A stretch of DNA of 64,000 bases from the human T2T-CHM13v2.0 reference genome, Homo sapiens, in assembly GCF_009914755.1 (NCBI RefSeq), contig NC_060925.1, one strand, 5' to 3'. A program made the translations under genes and the position numbers. Below are positions 28,744 to 46,443 of the stretch, piece by piece. Each line of letters begins with the position of its first letter. Position 1 is the first letter of the stretch. The notes beneath the pieces are model-generated. The model did no database searches, was not told where the DNA came from, and saw only the letters and a program-made list of their open reading frames with translations.

Positions 28744-31700
28744 TTTTTTTTTAATTTTTATTTTAGGTTTGGGGGTACATGTGAAGGTTTTTACATAAAT
28801 AAACATGGGTCATGGGGGTTTGTTGTACATATTATTACATTACCCAAGTATTAAGCTCAATACCCAATAATGATCTTTTCTGCCCCTCTCCCTCCTTCTA
28901 CCTTCCTGGCTCAAGTAGACCCCAGTGTCTGTTGTTTCCTTATTTGTGTTCATAAGTTCTTATCATTTAGCTCCCACTTATAAGTGAGAACATACAGTAT
29001 TTGGTTTTGTGTTCTTGCATTAGTTTGCTAAGGATGATCACCTCTAGCTCCATCCATGTTCCTGTAAAACACGTGATCTCATTCTTTTATATGGCTGCAT
29101 CGTATTCCATGGTGTATATGTACCACATTTTCTTTATCCAGTCTGTCATTGATGGGCATATAGGTTGATTCCATATCTTTGCTATTGTGAACAGTGCTGC
29201 AGTGAACATTGGTGTTCATGTGTCTTTACGGTAGAATGCTTTATATCCCTTTGGGTATGTACTCAATAACGGGACTGCTGGGTCGAATGGTAGTTCTCCT
29301 TTTAGCTCTTTGAGTAATCGCCATACTGTTTTCCACAATGGTTGAACTAATTTACACTCCCACCAGCAGTGTATAAGGGTTCCCTTTTCTCCGCAACCTC
29401 ACCAGCATCCGTTATTTTTTAACTTTTTAATAATAACCATTCTGACTGGTGTGAGATGGTATCTTATTGTGGTTTTGATTTGCATTTTTCTAATGATCAG
29501 TGATATTGAGCTCTTTTTCGTATGCTTATTGGCTGCTGTATGTCTTCTTTTGAGAAGTGTTTGTTCATGTCCTTTGCCCACTTTTTAGTGGGGTTGTATT
29601 TTTCTTGTAAATTTGTTCCTTATATATGCTGGATATTAGACCTTTGTCAGATACAAAGTTTGCAAATATTTTCCCCCATTATGTAGGTTGTCTGTTTACT
29701 CTGTTGATAGTTTCTTTTCCTGTGCAGAAGCTCTTAAGTTTAATTAGATCCTGTTTGTCAATTTTTGCTTTTGTTGCAATGGCTTTTTGTGTCTTCATCA
29801 TTAAATCTTTGCCCATTCCTGTGTCCAGAATGGTACTGCCTAGGTTGTCTTCCAGGGTTTTTATAGTTTTAGGTTTTGCATTTAAGTCTTTAATCCATCT
29901 TGAATTGATGTTTATATATGGTGTAAGGAAGGAGTCCAGCTTCAATCTTCTGCATATGGCTAGCTAGTTATCTCAGCACCATTTATTGAATGGGGAGTGT
30001 TTCCCTCATTGCTTGTTTTTGTTAGCTTTGTCAAAGATCAGATGGTCATAGATATGGGGCCTCATTTCTGGGCTCTCTATTCTGTTCCATTGGTCTATGT
30101 GCCTGTTTTTGCACCAGTACCATTCTCTTTTGGTCACTGTAGCCTTGTAGTGTAGTTTGAAGTTGGGTGATGCGGTTCTTCCAGCTTTATTCTTTTTGCT
30201 TCAGATTGCCTTGGCTATTTGGGCTCTTTTTTGGATCCACATAAATTTTAAAATAATTTTTTCTAGTTCTGTGAAGAATGTCACTGATAGTTTGATAGGA
30301 ATAGCATTGAATCTGTAAATTGCTTTGATCAGTATAGCCATTTTAATGATATTGATTCTATGAACATGGGATGTTTTTCTATTTCTCTGTGTCTTCTCTG
30401 ATTTTTTGAGCAGTGTTTTGTAATTCTCTTTGTAGAGATCTTTCACCTCCCTGGTTAGCTGTATTTCTAAGTATTTTATTCTTTTTATGGCAATTGTGAA
30501 TGGGAATTCATTCACAATTTGGCTCTTGGCTTGATTGTTGTTAGTATATAGGAATGCTAGTGATTTCTGTACATTGATTTTGTATCCTGCAACTTTGCTA
30601 AAGCTGTTTATCAGCTGAAGGAGCAGCTTTGGGGCTGAAACTATAGGTAAAGAATCATGTTGTATGCAAACAGAGATAGTTTGACTTCTCTCTTCCTATT
30701 TGGATGCACTTTATTTCTTTCTCTTGCCTGATTGCTCTGGCCAGAACTTCCAGTACTATGTTGAATAGGAGTGGTGAGAGAGGACATCCTTGTCTTTTGC
30801 TGTTTTTCAAGGGGGATGCTCCTAGCTTTTGCCCATTCAGTATAATGTTAGCTGTGGGTTTGTCATAGATGACTCATTATTTTGAGGTATGTTCCTTCAA
30901 CACCTGGTTTATTGAGAGTTTCTAACATGAAGGATATTGAAATTTATTGAAAGCCTTTTTTGCATCTGTTGAGATAATCATACAGTTTTTGTCTTTAGTT
31001 CTGTTTATGTGATGAATCACATTTATTGATTTGTGTATGTTGAGCCAACCTTGGATCCTGGGGATGAAGCCTACTTGATCATAGTGGATTATTTTTTGAT
31101 GTGCTGCTGTATTCAGTTTGCAGGTATTTTGTTGAGGATTTTTGCATCAATATTCATCAAGGATATTGGCTTGAATTTGTGTGTGTGTGTGTGTGTGTGT
31201 CTGCCAGGTTTTGGTATCAAGATGATGCTGGCCTCATAGAATGATTTTGGGAGAGAAATTCTTCCTCCTCAATTGTTTTAGCATAGTTTCTGTAGGAATG
31301 GTACTAGCTCTTCTTGGTACATCTGCTAGAACTTGACTGTGATTTCATCAGGTCCTGAGCTTTTTTCTTGGTAGGCTGTTATTACTGATTCAATTTTAGA
31401 GCTCATTATTGGGCTGTTCAGGGAATCAATTTCTTCCTGGCTCAGTCTTGTGAGGGTGTATGTGTCTAAGAATTTATCCATCTCTTCTAGATTTTCTAGT
31501 TTGTGTGCACGGAGGTGTTTGTAGTAGTTTCTGATGGTTGTTTTTATTTCTATGGGGTCAGTAGTAACATTCCCTTCATTGTTTCTAATTGTGCTTATTT
31601 GGATCATCTCTCTTTTCTTCTTGATTAGTGTAGCTAGTAGCCTCTCTATTTTATTAATTTTTTCAAAAACAACAGCTCCTGGATTCTTTGATCTTTAAAA

Positions 31701-31785
31701 TGTTTTTTTTTGTGTGTGTGCATGTGTCTCAATTTCCTTCTGTTGGGCTCTGATTTTGGTTATTTCTTGTCTTCTGCTAGCTTAG
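28744..31785 (-). mobile_element. 5'-truncated ~3-kb L1PA13-like element
   Basis: T-rich tail, L1PA 3'UTR, ORF2 remnants 29399..29581, 29679..29945, 30201..30515, 31326..31607; (TG)n at ~31178-31200. Confidence 0.85.
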
Positions 31786-32633
31786 TGGCAGGTAGGTTGT
31801 ATGTGTCTAGCAATTGATCACTTTTTTCTAGGGTTTCCAATTTGTGGCATATAGTTGCTCATAATAGCCTCTACTGATCCTTTGAATTTCTGCAGTATCA
31901 GTTGTAATGTCTCCTTTTTAATCTCTGATTTTATTTATTTGGGTGTTTGCTCTGTTTTTTTAGTTAATGTGGCTAAAGGTTTATCAGTTTCCTTTATCTT
32001 CAAAAACCAACCCTTTGTTTCACTGATCTTTTCTGTAGTTTCCTTGCTCTGATCTTTATTGTTTCTTTTCTTCTACTAACTTTGGATTTGGTTTCCTCTT
32101 GCTTTTCTCATTCTTTAAGATGTATCATTAGGTTGTTTATTTGAAGTTTTTTTTTGTTTTTTTTTGAGGTAGAAACTTACACCTATATACTTCCCTCTTA
32201 GTACTGCTTTTGCAGTATCCCATAGGTTTGGGTATGTTATGTTGGTTGATTTCCATGTGTTTGTATAGTTCCCAGAATTCCTTCTGTGATTGATTTGTAG
32301 GGTTTTTGTTTTGTTTTGTTTTGTTTTGTTTGTGGTCAGAGAAGATGCTTGATATTATTTTGATGTTATTGAATGTTTTAAGACTTTTTTTGATCTGACA
32401 TATGGTCTATCTTTGAGAATTATCTGTGTGCTTAGAAGAATGTGTATTATCTAGTCATTGGATGAAATGTTCTGTAAGTATCTATTAGGCCCATTTGGTT
32501 TTTTCTGCATATTAAGTCTGAGGTTTGTTTGTTGATTTTCAGTCTGGATGATCTGTCCAAGGGTGAAAGTGTGGTGTTGAAGTCTCTAGCTATTATTGTA
32601 TTGGGGTTTATCTTTCCCTTTAGATCTAATAAT

Positions 32634-33520
<887 letters not shown>

Positions 33521-34334
33521 ATAATACTTGCTTTTTATATCTGTGTGCTCCAGTGTTGGGTACATGTATATTTACAAGTGTTCTATCCTCTTGCTGAATT
33601 GACCACTTTATCATTATATAATGACCCTCTTTGTCTCTTTTTATACTTTTTGTTGTATAATCTATGTTGTCTGATGAAAGTATAACTACTCCTCTTTTAT
33701 GGTTTCCATTTGCATGGAATATCTTTTTTTGTAGCTTTATTTTCAGTCTGTGTTTGTCAAGGTGAAGAGTGTTTCTTGTAGGCAACAGTAGGTTGATTCT
33801 TGGTTTTTCATTCATTCTGCCACTCTATATCTTTTGATTAGAGAATTTGGTCCATTTACATCCATTCTTATTATTAAATAAGGACTTACTCCTGCCATTT
33901 TGTTATTTGTTTATTTTTGGTTCTTTTGTGGTGGCCCCTTCCTTCTTTTCTTCCTTCCTGTCTTCCTTTTAGTGAAGGTGATTTTCTCTGGTGATATGTT
34001 TTAATTTCTTGCTTCTTATTTTTTGTGTATCTGTTGTATGTTTATAGATTTTAGGTTACTATGAGTCTTGTAAATAATATAACCCATTATTTTAACCTCA
34101 GGACAACTTAATGTTGATTGTGTAAACAAACATACAAACAAACAAGATAAGGAGAGTTATAAAATCTCTATACGTAATCTCCTTGCTTCTTAACTTTTAT
34201 TGTTTCTTTTTATATCTTATTTGTACAATCTGTGTCTTGAAAAATTGTAGTTCTTTTTGATCAGTTCTTCATCTTTCTGCTTAAAATATGAATAGTTTAC
34301 ACATCACCGTTACAGTGTTATAATATTCTGTGTT

Positions 34335-34630
<296 letters not shown>

Positions 34631-35336
34631 AATATTCTGTGTTTTTATGTGTACTTACTGTTACCAGTGAGTTTTGTGCCTTCAGATGATTTCTTAGTGC
34701 TCTTCAGTGTTCTTTTTCTTTCAGATTGAAGCACTTCCTTTAGCATTTCTTGTAGGATAGATCTGGTATTGATGATAAGTGTCTGGCAAAACCCTCAGGT
34801 TTTGTTTGTCTGGGAAGGTTTTTATTTTTCCTTTGTGTTTGAAAGACATTTTTGCCAGATGTACCATTCTAGGGTTGAACGGTTTTGTTTTTCTTCTGTA
34901 CTTTATTTATTTATTTATGTATTTGAGACAGGGTGTCACTCTGTCTTGATCTTTGGGAGTTTGATTATTAAGTGCTTTGGGGTAGTCTTCTTTAGGTTAA
35001 ATCTGCTTGGTGGTCTGTACTCTCCTTGTACTTCCAACCCTAGCCAACATTTATTATTTATTATTTTCTTTTTTTTTTAATAGCCATCCTAATGGGTATG
35101 AGGTGATGTAGTATCTCAGTGTGTTATGGATTACATTTCCCTAATGATTAGTGATATTAAGCATCTTTTCTTGTGCTTATTGTCCATTTGTGTATCTTCT
35201 TTGCAGAAAGGTCTAGTCAGGTCCTTTGCCTGTTTTTTAATTGGGTTGCTTTTTGTTGTTGAGTTGTAGGTGTTCTTTATATATGTAGATATAAATGATT
35301 TTTAAATGATTTTTTTCTTCCCATTTCTTAATCCAG

Positions 35337-35466
35337 AACATTCAAGGACAACTCTTTTCCTACTGGAAAGACAACAAATGATTGTGAAGAACTTGTTGAT
35401 AATTCAAAGTTACATGCTATTTCTGTTCAAAAGTCAGAAGTAAAAACAGACACTGATATTAATGAG
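35337..35466 (+). CDS. DNAH14: Coding exon C (R-TFKDNSFPTGKTTNDCEELVDNSKLHAISVQKSEVKTDTDINE), 130 nt, phase 2/0
   Basis: Polypyrimidine tract ttttttcttcccatttcttaatccag; donor GAG|gtaaaa at 35467; phases match both neighbours. Confidence 0.87.
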
Positions 35467-36318
35467 GTAAAATGATCTTTGAAAAATATAAACATAGATT
35501 TTTTGCTATAAAATGAATACATTTTAAAATTTAAAATGTGATTTATGATTAATACCCACAAGCCCTTACCCAACATACCCTCGCCAACACACACACACAC
35601 TTAGCTGCTCCCACTGTAAAAAGCCATATTGACACTTATCTCATTTAGTTCATTTGTTCATTCATTCACCACATGGTTTATTGAGTACTTACTATGTTCC
35701 AGGCACTGAACTAGGTAGGCACTGAAATAACAGCAGTGGGCATACCAAATTCTCTGACCTCTTGGAGCTTATATTTTACCAGAGGAGACAGATAAATGAA
35801 GTGATGAGTACTGTGAAGAAAAATAATGGAAAAAAAGGGAATGCAGGAGTGATGTTGTATGCTATTTTACATAGGAATGGTAAGGGAAGGCCACCCTATG
35901 TAAAGTAGCATCTACCCCCTCCTCCCACTGCTACACTACTCTGTCTTTGCTTTTGTTCAAAGCATTTTTGTTGTGTTCTTAACTTAAAAATGGGAGAAGC
36001 AAAATAGGAAACCTTGAAGGAATCCTAGATAAACTTATTTTTTTTTAGAATTGCCCCTAATATCTTCTAAAATTTATTACAGAATGTAAAATGCTTATTA
36101 CCCATCAAATGTATCTGTTATGTTTTGATTTATTTTTAAACAACCATATAAAGAACTTTGGAAGAGATCAGCTGGAAATATATCTCATTTATTTTATGAA
36201 TAAATATGAAAATTCTCTTTAGTATGAAAAAAAAAAAGAAATCTTTTCTTGCCAGAATTGTTTTTCTCTCCGTTGGTATTATTTTCTTGAGATTTAAACT
36301 TTATATGTTAAGTGCTTA

Positions 36319-36878
<560 letters not shown>

Positions 36879-39077
36879 ATATCTTTTCTTTTTAAAGTAT
36901 TTAGGTAGATTTGATGACAAGGAAAAATATTCACATGTATTAGTGAAAACAAACATATACAACATACACACTATGTAGTTTGAAGTTTGAAAATATATGC
37001 ATCGAAATATTAACAATGGTTATCTGTGGGTGGTAGGAATCTTGAGTAATTTTACTTTCGTATATGTATATTTCTAGATAGTCTAAATTTTGTACAATGC
37101 ATAAGTATTTTTTTAATGTTTTTTATTAAGTATACGATACCTGCAAAAATAAGCAAACACTCATGTAGGCTTCACCCAACTTAAAAGTATTCAATGTCTC
37201 CTATTCATCCTTTATTGATGAAACAGTTCACTTACCATTCCACTGTTGATAGACATCTGGGTTATTTTCAGTTTTTGTTTTTGCTATTACCTATAATTCT
37301 GCCTTGCACATTCCTGTATATTTCTCCTTTGGTGTATATGAACAAGAGTTACTATTTCTTTATTTACTGCTAAGGAGTGAAATTTCTGGGTGAAAGCATA
37401 TGTTATTTTCAACTGTATTGAGTAATATAAAATTGTTTTTCTAAAATGCTTGTACCAATTTCAATGACCTTTAGCAATTCATAAATTTTTATTGCTCCAT
37501 AAGCTTACTAATCCTCATCAATATTTAATGTCAATCAGATAGGTGTGAAATGGCATTTTGCCAAAGTTTTAATTTGAATTTCCCTTATTACTAGTTTGAG
37601 CATTTTTTCATGTAACTTGCATTAGGGTTCTCCTGAGGGACAGAACCAATAAGATTCACGCATCTATTTCATATATGTATATATACATGTGTGGGTTCAA
37701 TGCAGGCTGACAGAGTGGAGATTTGGACACAGGCTGCATGAACGAGCAGACTGCCACTAAGGTGGCCTAAATTTATGTCCACTTTTGTCCCATAGCCCAA
37801 GTTTGGGCATCTTGCCCCTGCTTTGCCCTCTAGTATCTGACCTTGGTTTGCTCCTCTTTTTTACTGTACAGAGCTCAAAATGTTGAAAATATAGATCTGA
37901 ATCTCAAGCGAGAGATAAGAGCTAAAGTTGTGGATCTGGTAATCATTGGTGCTGCCTCCTCCTTCCCTTCCTAATCCCCATTGTAATCTGTAAAATTTAC
38001 AGTTCCATTTAGCTGTGGCTATTCCTTTCTTGTAGTTTACAATCTAGAGGAAATAAAACTATTTACTGGTTCATTCTTGTTGTCACAAAAAGTGTAACAG
38101 CTAAGAGATTTCTTCACTACAAAAATATTTTCAGGCCCCAGTTAGTTCATATTATAACGATGTGCACAGACCCATGAGTGAACTTCAGCCTTACCACATG
38201 CTAGCAATATAGCCTTTGACAAATTAAGCTTTCAGATTTTTTTTGTATGTGCAATGAGAGTAATAATTTCTGTCTCTTGGGGTTTTTATGAGGATTAGGT
38301 GAAGGTAGTAACTTGTTTACTATAGTGATACTCATTCACTGTAACCATAATTACATTTAAAGAATGATTTAATGCAAAATTTAAATGCAGTAATATTAGA
38401 AGGTATATATAGCTTGAGGTCCAGTATTCCCAGAGTTAGTTAGAGGTTATTTTCGAGAATAAGCTAAGCAGCACATTATATATTTATTAAGAATTGTCTG
38501 GGTGGACTTTCTTTTATTGTGATAAAACATACATAACATAAAATTTTCCATTTAACCGTTTTTAGGTGTACAGTTTGGTGGTATTAGGTACATTCAGTGT
38601 TAGGCAACCATCACCACTTTCCATTTCTACAGCTTTTCCATCATCCTGAACAAACACTATACCCATTTGTGTGAACATTTAAGATTTGCAAGTCACCTTC
38701 AATATCTACTCATGCTCTTTCACCGGCAGCTTAATAAGGTGCTATGAGGTTTATTTATAACGTTAACTGCCTTAATTTGTTAATGTCTGGAATTAGAGGT
38801 TAAGGTTCCAGCAGATTATTCAAGTGATCACCCTGAGAAACACAGAGGAGTCATTATGCAGTAGGTAACTTAAGCATAACGGATTATTTATGATGTAGGA
38901 AGGAACAGTAGATTAATTGAGAACCCAAGCCCAGACAGAGCCTAAGAACAATTATTTACATAAATGAGATATTTATCCCCTAGTGTTTTTCACTGGAGAT
39001 GTCCATGTTAGTATATGTATATTAAAGTGAAGAGCTAGGACTTACTCTAGTGGGTTTAAAGTATGTTTTCTAGATTT

Positions 39078-39225
39078 GTAGTTCTTAAACCCAGGTGCAC
39101 AATAGAGTCACCTGTTGAGCTTGTAGATGATTAAGAGTCCTGGGCCCTGCCTCTGACTTTTTAACTCAATATCTCTGGGGATAGGACCTAAGAATTTGTA
39201 TTTTAAATAGGCACTCAGTGACTAG
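39078..39225. mobile_element. MER5-like hAT-Charlie relic
   Basis: gttcttaaaccc...agagtcacctg...ctgggccctgcc...agaatttgtattttaa. Confidence 0.55.
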
Positions 39226-39472
39226 GACTAATGATATACTGACTCTGGCATCAATTTACAGTCTTTGGGGGGAACTCCTTCATTACAATGTCATTTGTTT
39301 CACATGCAATTTACTTATTTTAACATGCAAGTGTCAGGTATTTGGTAATACAGTGTTACTCGGTTATACTGGAGTTATGATTTCTCATTTAAAATTTTGG
39401 TCTGTATTCTAAATTAAATGTTCTGTAAGTTATATGTTGTCACTGGCACCCTCACATTATCCGTTAAATTAG

Positions 39473-39955
<483 letters not shown>

Positions 39956-40384
39956 TTAACAACTGGAAAATAACAAATGAGAGATCATTTTAATAGTCTG
40001 TTGTGTCTTCTAATTTATAGATTATGATTTTATAAATCTTAAGGTAAATACTGCTGAAAGTAAGGATAAACTTACAGATCATTGTTGTGCATGTCAGTAA
40101 TGACACCATTATTCATTTTCATCTCAAAACCCAAACAGTTTCTCACTGAAGCAGAGCCGAGGGCCCCGTTCATCAAGAGGAACAACATCTAGGATGTTTG
40201 TCCTCAGATCTCTTTAATCAGAACCTTGGAATGGGGTGTACTGCTTCAGTATTGTGTTTCAAGTGACTTCTTGAGTTTATTCTTAGGATATGTGTAAAGC
40301 ACTGGCATATATTAATTTGTCATTTACCTGATATAAATATCAATCAATTTTGTATTTTCTCTTTCTTTCAATGGATTCTAATAG

Positions 40385-40430
40385 ACACAGAAATTGAGAC
40401 TGAGTTTGAGAATAAATACATGTATTATGA
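40385..40430 (+). CDS. DNAH14: Coding mini-exon E (D-TEIETEFENKYMYY-E), 46 nt, phase 1/2
   Basis: Pyrimidine tract then aatag acceptor (AG 40383-40384); donor gtaagt at 40431; needed to keep frame between exons D and F. Confidence 0.82.
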
Positions 40431-40526
40431 GTAAGTATTAGACATTTTAAAAATTACGAGTAATTGTATTTTATATGGTAGTTATTATATTCCTCTGAAA
40501 TATGCTTTTATTGTTTTCTCTGTTAG

Positions 40527-40624
40527 ATTTCCAGAATTTCCTACAAATCTCTTTATAGATCCCAACAGATTGGAGTTTTCAGTAAAAATTCAAAATATGT
40601 TGACTAATATGGAAAAATGTATAA
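40527..40624 (+). CDS. DNAH14: Coding exon F (E-FPEFPTNLFIDPNRLEFSVKIQNMLTNMEKCI-T), 98 nt, phase 2/1
   Basis: ttgttttctctgttag acceptor ending 40526 after a 96-nt intron; donor gtaagt at 40625. Confidence 0.85.
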
Positions 40625-43600
40625 GTAAGTGTTTTTAAAGCTTAGTGAAATGCATTGTCTTCTTTGGCAATATTTTTTTAAATTTAAGCATCTGATGCCT
40701 TTACCCAGGGATGTGGCAGATGTTACAGAATATTAGTATATCATAAATGCACAGTCCTTGGGATCAAACACTGAATTTGGAATTATTTGAGGATGTGTGA
40801 ATTTTACACATGGCCTTAGAGTGCATAAAAGATGAGAATTAGGAAAATATTCAAGGTTTGGATTTTTTCAGTTACATTCTATAGAATGTTATGACACTTA
40901 ATACAAATGAGCAAGATCTTTTATGTCATAGTATAACAAAGATATTGTTTCTACCTTAAAGAGATTTTAATTATTTTGCAGCTGTATGTACACAATCTGA
41001 AATTGCAGGCAATTACTAGCCTGACCAAAGAATTTATTCTTTTCTCACAATAAGTTTTACAAAGATCTTAAAACAGCAGGAGTTTTGGCAACTTCTTAAA
41101 AGTTGCATCATTCTCCAGTCATGTCACCATAGTTTGCTGAGTTCAGAGGGCCCCTATTTCCAAGCTAAGCTGGTGTCTAATGCATTGTTTGATTTTGTTT
41201 ATTCAAGTCCCAGTAATTCAGTCTTTTTCACTATGCTTTGTAACTACCACCACATATTAAGTTACTCCATTCCCCCAAACTGGCTGAAAGGTAGTCAGTA
41301 TGTCCCTTGACATCTCATATTTATTTTAAAGTTTGCATTGTATTATGAAGATGAAATGTGCATAAGAACATGGGTTTGTTTTAAAATCAAGAATTATCAC
41401 AAAGTTGTTATAATTTTTTACCCAGTCCATTTTGAATCAGTTTGGTAAGGGTTTCTTGCTGAGTAAAATCCAGAGATATTAGTATCTTGCAACATTATAC
41501 ACTTACAGACATTCTAAACAACTGTGCTCTCTTGTTGGGATGACCCCTCCCATACTCATTTTATTCAGTGCCCATAGATTTGTTCTACTGCCTTCTAGCT
41601 TTTAATATAAGAAGTCTGATGCTACTCTGATTCTCCTTCCTTTGTATACTTGTGATTTCTGTCTAGTAATTTATCATTTGGAGTTACGAACTTTTCTATA
41701 ATAAAGCCATATATATAATTCTATGTTGATCTTTCTTAAAATCCAGTGAGGCTCTTCAGTCTGAAGAACTAAGTTCTTACCAATCTTTCCATATGTTCCT
41801 TTTTTTCCCTTTGGATTTTTTGTTTTTCATCTTAGATTTCCTGGGTCTAAACATCTGATTATTTCTATTTCTTTTTTCTTTATTATGAAATGTTTCTACT
41901 GTTTTTTTTTTAAGTTTCTATAATGAGATAATTTGAGACTTCTATAAGTTGGAAGCATAGTACAGAGTTTCTGTATACTCTTTATATGCTTTAATCTAGT
42001 TATGAAAGTGAAGAAATTAATATTAGTATAATAGTATTAATGAAATGATAGATTTTATTTGGATTTTCCCAGTTGTTTCCCTAATGTTCATTTTCTGTGC
42101 CAGGATCTAATCCCGGATCACACATTGCATATATTAATAGTTGTTATGTCTGCTAAGTCTTTTCCAGTGTGTACCAGTTGCTCAGTCTTTCCTTGTCTTT
42201 TATGACCTTGAGATACTGGTAATTTACTCTACAGATTGTCCATCAGTTTTGGATTGTCTGATGTTGTCTCATGATGAGTTTGAGGATATACATCTTGAGG
42301 GAGAATACCATACTGGGTGTGTGCCCTTTTCAGTACATCAGCCTAGTAGTACATGACATTGATATACCTTTTCACTGGTGCTGCTCACCATGACCACTTA
42401 GTTAAAGTCATGTCTGCCAGGTTTCTCCATGATGAAGTTACCATATTTCCTCCTGTAACTAATAAACTTGGGGTGGGAGGAGAGATTTTGAGATTATACA
42501 GATATCTTGTTTCTCCTGAAAATTTTGCCCACTAATTCTAACATTTATCAGTGGATCTTACCTTGCCTGCAAGTTATTACTGTGGTGTTCTTAATGGTGA
42601 TTTTCTATTTCTTTCATCCCATATACATTCATGAATTAGAATTCTTCTGTAAGGAGTAGCTGTTCCTTTTCCATTTATTTAATTTTTCAGTCATTTATTT
42701 ATATGAATATGGATTCACTAATATTTGCATATATATGATAATATGTATATATGTATATAAATATACATAGGTATGTATATATGTGTGTATATATATTTAC
42801 CTTAGAAATAGTCATTTAAATCACCCCATTTCAACTACCCATATATAACAATTATTTTCTTTTGCAATTTACATTCATATTCATACATTAGTCAAATGTA
42901 TATTTTAAATGTTATATGATCACTTAGCATTATATCATAGACATTACAAAGGTATTTAGAACCTCTTCTAAAAGGCTTCAGGATATGGTATCATAAGAGA
43001 GGACTTCCCAATGATCATATTATAAAAACATTCTCTCACTTATTTTCTAATTCTATTATGATTTCATTTTTATATTTAAATATTTGTTCACTCTGAGATT
43101 TATCTGGCGTATGTTGTGAAGTAGGACTTCACTTTTAATTTTTCTCAGATGACTAATGATCTGTCTGTCCTAGCATCATGAATTGAATAATCCATTCCTT
43201 ATCCCCACTGATTTGAAATGCCACATTTATCATTTTTTATTTTCCAGAATGTTTTCCATTGTATTTCTGGGCTATGCAGATGATATGTCTGTAACTTATG
43301 TACCAGTATTATACTGTGTTAGTTATTAGGTAGCTTTGTACTATTTTTAGCATCTGTTAGCCGTCTCCTTTTTCTCTCTTTTTTCCTTGGAAATTTCCTG
43401 GGTTCATTGATATTTATTTTGGTCTTTAGACTATAATACAGTATTACTGTTATTTATTTTGTTGCTCAAGTTGTTCTGGCTTAATTTTGGAAGAGTAATT
43501 CTCCCCAGTTGGCTCCTGTGCCCTTCAATATACCTCCATCCTTGTCTTGTGACTACTTCCTTAGTTTCCGTCACCTCAAGATACTTCAGGCTCATCTTGT

Positions 43601-43972
43601 ATTTTCTCTGCCCCAGCCCTGAAATTAACTGTTTCTCCAAGGAACCCTGGATTAGAGAAGGAAATTTAGGAACTAAGATCTATGCACTAGATGTGCTCAT
43701 TGCTACAGGAGTGTCACTACTTCCTGGCCTATCAGAGAAAATATCTAGAAAATATATGTATGTATGCTAGCTCATGCATACACACACAACTATATTTATT
43801 CCTAGATCTTTTTGTTTGTCCATTTTAAACTGAATTCATACTGATACCTCAGACCCCAATCCAATACCTCAGGGTTCATTCTAGCCTTTTCTTTTCCTTA
43901 TATCTAACTTTTTTCTCTGGCTATGAGAAATCTGGCTGACATAATCAACAACATAGTTACTTGTTTGTTATA

Positions 43973-44297
43973 CAGTCATGCACTGCATAAAGATGGTTCA
44001 ATCAATGACAGGCCACATGGTAGTCCCATAAGATTATAATACCATACTTTTGCTGTATCTTTTCTATGTTTCAATATATAATCCTTACCACTATTTTACA
44101 ATTGCCTACAATATTCAGTATAGTAATATGCAGTAAAAGTTTGTAGCTAGGGCAACAGGGTATACCATATAGCCTAGGTGTGTAGTAGGCTATACTATCT
44201 AGCTTTGTGTAAGTACAATCTATGATAGTCACACAATGATGAAATTGCCTAAGGACACACTTCTCAGAATATATCCCTGTCATTAATTGCATTACTG
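43973..44297. mobile_element. Tigger3a/MER7A-like Tc1-mariner MITE
   Basis: TA|cagtcatgc ... gcattactg|TA termini; internal ccatatagcctaggtgtgtagtaggctatac. Confidence 0.82.
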
Positions 44298-44852
44298 TAC
44301 ATGTAATTTCAGAATTGCTACTCCTTGCTTCTGCGAAAAACAAATGTATCAACTAAAATACAGTGTTTGTGTTTATGTACAGTTTTTTAAAAATGTAACC
44401 TTAACAGTTTCCAGTCCAAACTTGTTTTCTAAAGTTGCTTAAGTCAACCCTTTTCTTTCCCACCCTCTTCAATGAGGTTATGTAGTTTGTAATAGTTAGA
44501 TTAATTTGTCACAATCTTCATTCCAACTTGGATTCTTTCAGTAACCTGGTTGATGTTTTAAAACTTATATAAAGTACAATTTTCTCTTTGTGGGTGGTGT
44601 TAAGGGTTTTGACAAGTGCACAGGTACATATCCACCATCACAGTTCCATACAAAACAGTTCCATCATCCCCCAGTTCCCTTGTGCAGCCCTTTTGTAGTC
44701 ACACTCTCTCCATTCCCTTATCTGTGGCAACCACTCATCTGTTTTCTGTCCCTATTGTTATGGCATTTCCATAATGTCATATAAATGCATATGTAGCTTT
44801 TTGGATCTGGCTTCTTTCACTTAGAAAAATGCATTTCAAATTCAGCTATGTT

Positions 44853-45155
44853 GGCCATGTACAGAGGTTCATGCCTGTAATCCCAGCACTTTGGGAGGCC
44901 CAGGTGGGTGGATCACATGAGCTCAGGAGTTCAAGACCAGCCTAGGCAAGATGGTGAAACCCTGTCTCTACAAAATATACAAAAAATTAGCCAGGCATTG
45001 TGGCACGCACCTGTAATCCCAGCTACTTGGGAGGCTGAGGCAGGAGGACGGCCTGAGCCCAGGAGGTCAAGGCGCAGTGAGCCAAAATTGTACCACTGTA
45101 CTCCAGCCTGAGTGACAGTGCAAGACCCTGTCTCAAAAAATAAAAAATAAAAAAT
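44853..45155 (+). mobile_element. AluJ-type element
   Basis: Full diverged dimer with A-rich tail. Confidence 0.85.
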
Positions 45156-45596
45156 AATTATCCATGTTGTTACATGATTCAATAGTCTTTTTTTAAATTG
45201 CTATGCTGTATTCAACTGTTTGGATGTATCGCAGATTGCTTATCCATTCACATCTGGGTTGTCTCCAGTTTGGGGAAATTATATATAAAATTGCTATACA
45301 CATTCACATATAGGCTTTTGGATTAATCCAAATTTTCCTTTTTCTTGGACAAATATCTAGGGGTAGGATTGATGGGTCATATGGTAGTAATATATTTAAC
45401 ATTATGAGAATGGCCAGACTGTTTTGCAAGGTGGTTGTATCATTTTGCATTCTTACCAGCAATCTATGAATTCCAGTTGCTCCATATCTTTGCCAGCACT
45501 TGGTATTGCCAGATTAAAAACAAAAACAAAAAGCTTTTAGCCTTCTAATAGGTGTGTAGTGATATCTTATTGTGGTAATTTTCATTTCACTAGTAA

Positions 45597-45989
<393 letters not shown>

Positions 45990-46380
45990 CCTATTTTTTT
46001 TTAATTGGGGTTTTTGTTTTCTTATTGTTGGTTTGTGAGAGGTCTTTATGCATACTCTGAATACAATTCTTTTATCATACATATGACTTGCAAACAATCT
46101 TTGTGAGATTTTCTCCCAATCTGTGCCTTATCTTTTCATTGTCTTTCACAGCGCTAAACTACTTACTTTTGATAAAGTACAGCTCATCAGTTTTTTTCTT
46201 TTATGGGTTATACCTTTGGTTTTGTTTCTAAGAGCTTTTTGCCTAACTCAAGATCACACAGATTTTCTCTCCTATATTTTCTCCTTGAAGATTTATGGAT
46301 TTGTGTTTTATATTTAGGTATATGATGCATCTTGAGTTGAATTTTTTAATAAAGCGTAAAGTCTAGGTTGAGGTTTGTTT

Positions 46381-46402
46381 ATCTATCTGTCTATCTATCT
46401 AC

Positions 46403-46443
<41 letters not shown>

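Noticed and set aside
40431-40526. 96-nt intron (multiple of 3) as a possible retained coding intron
   Set aside because: Retention reads GAG TAA, an immediate stop.
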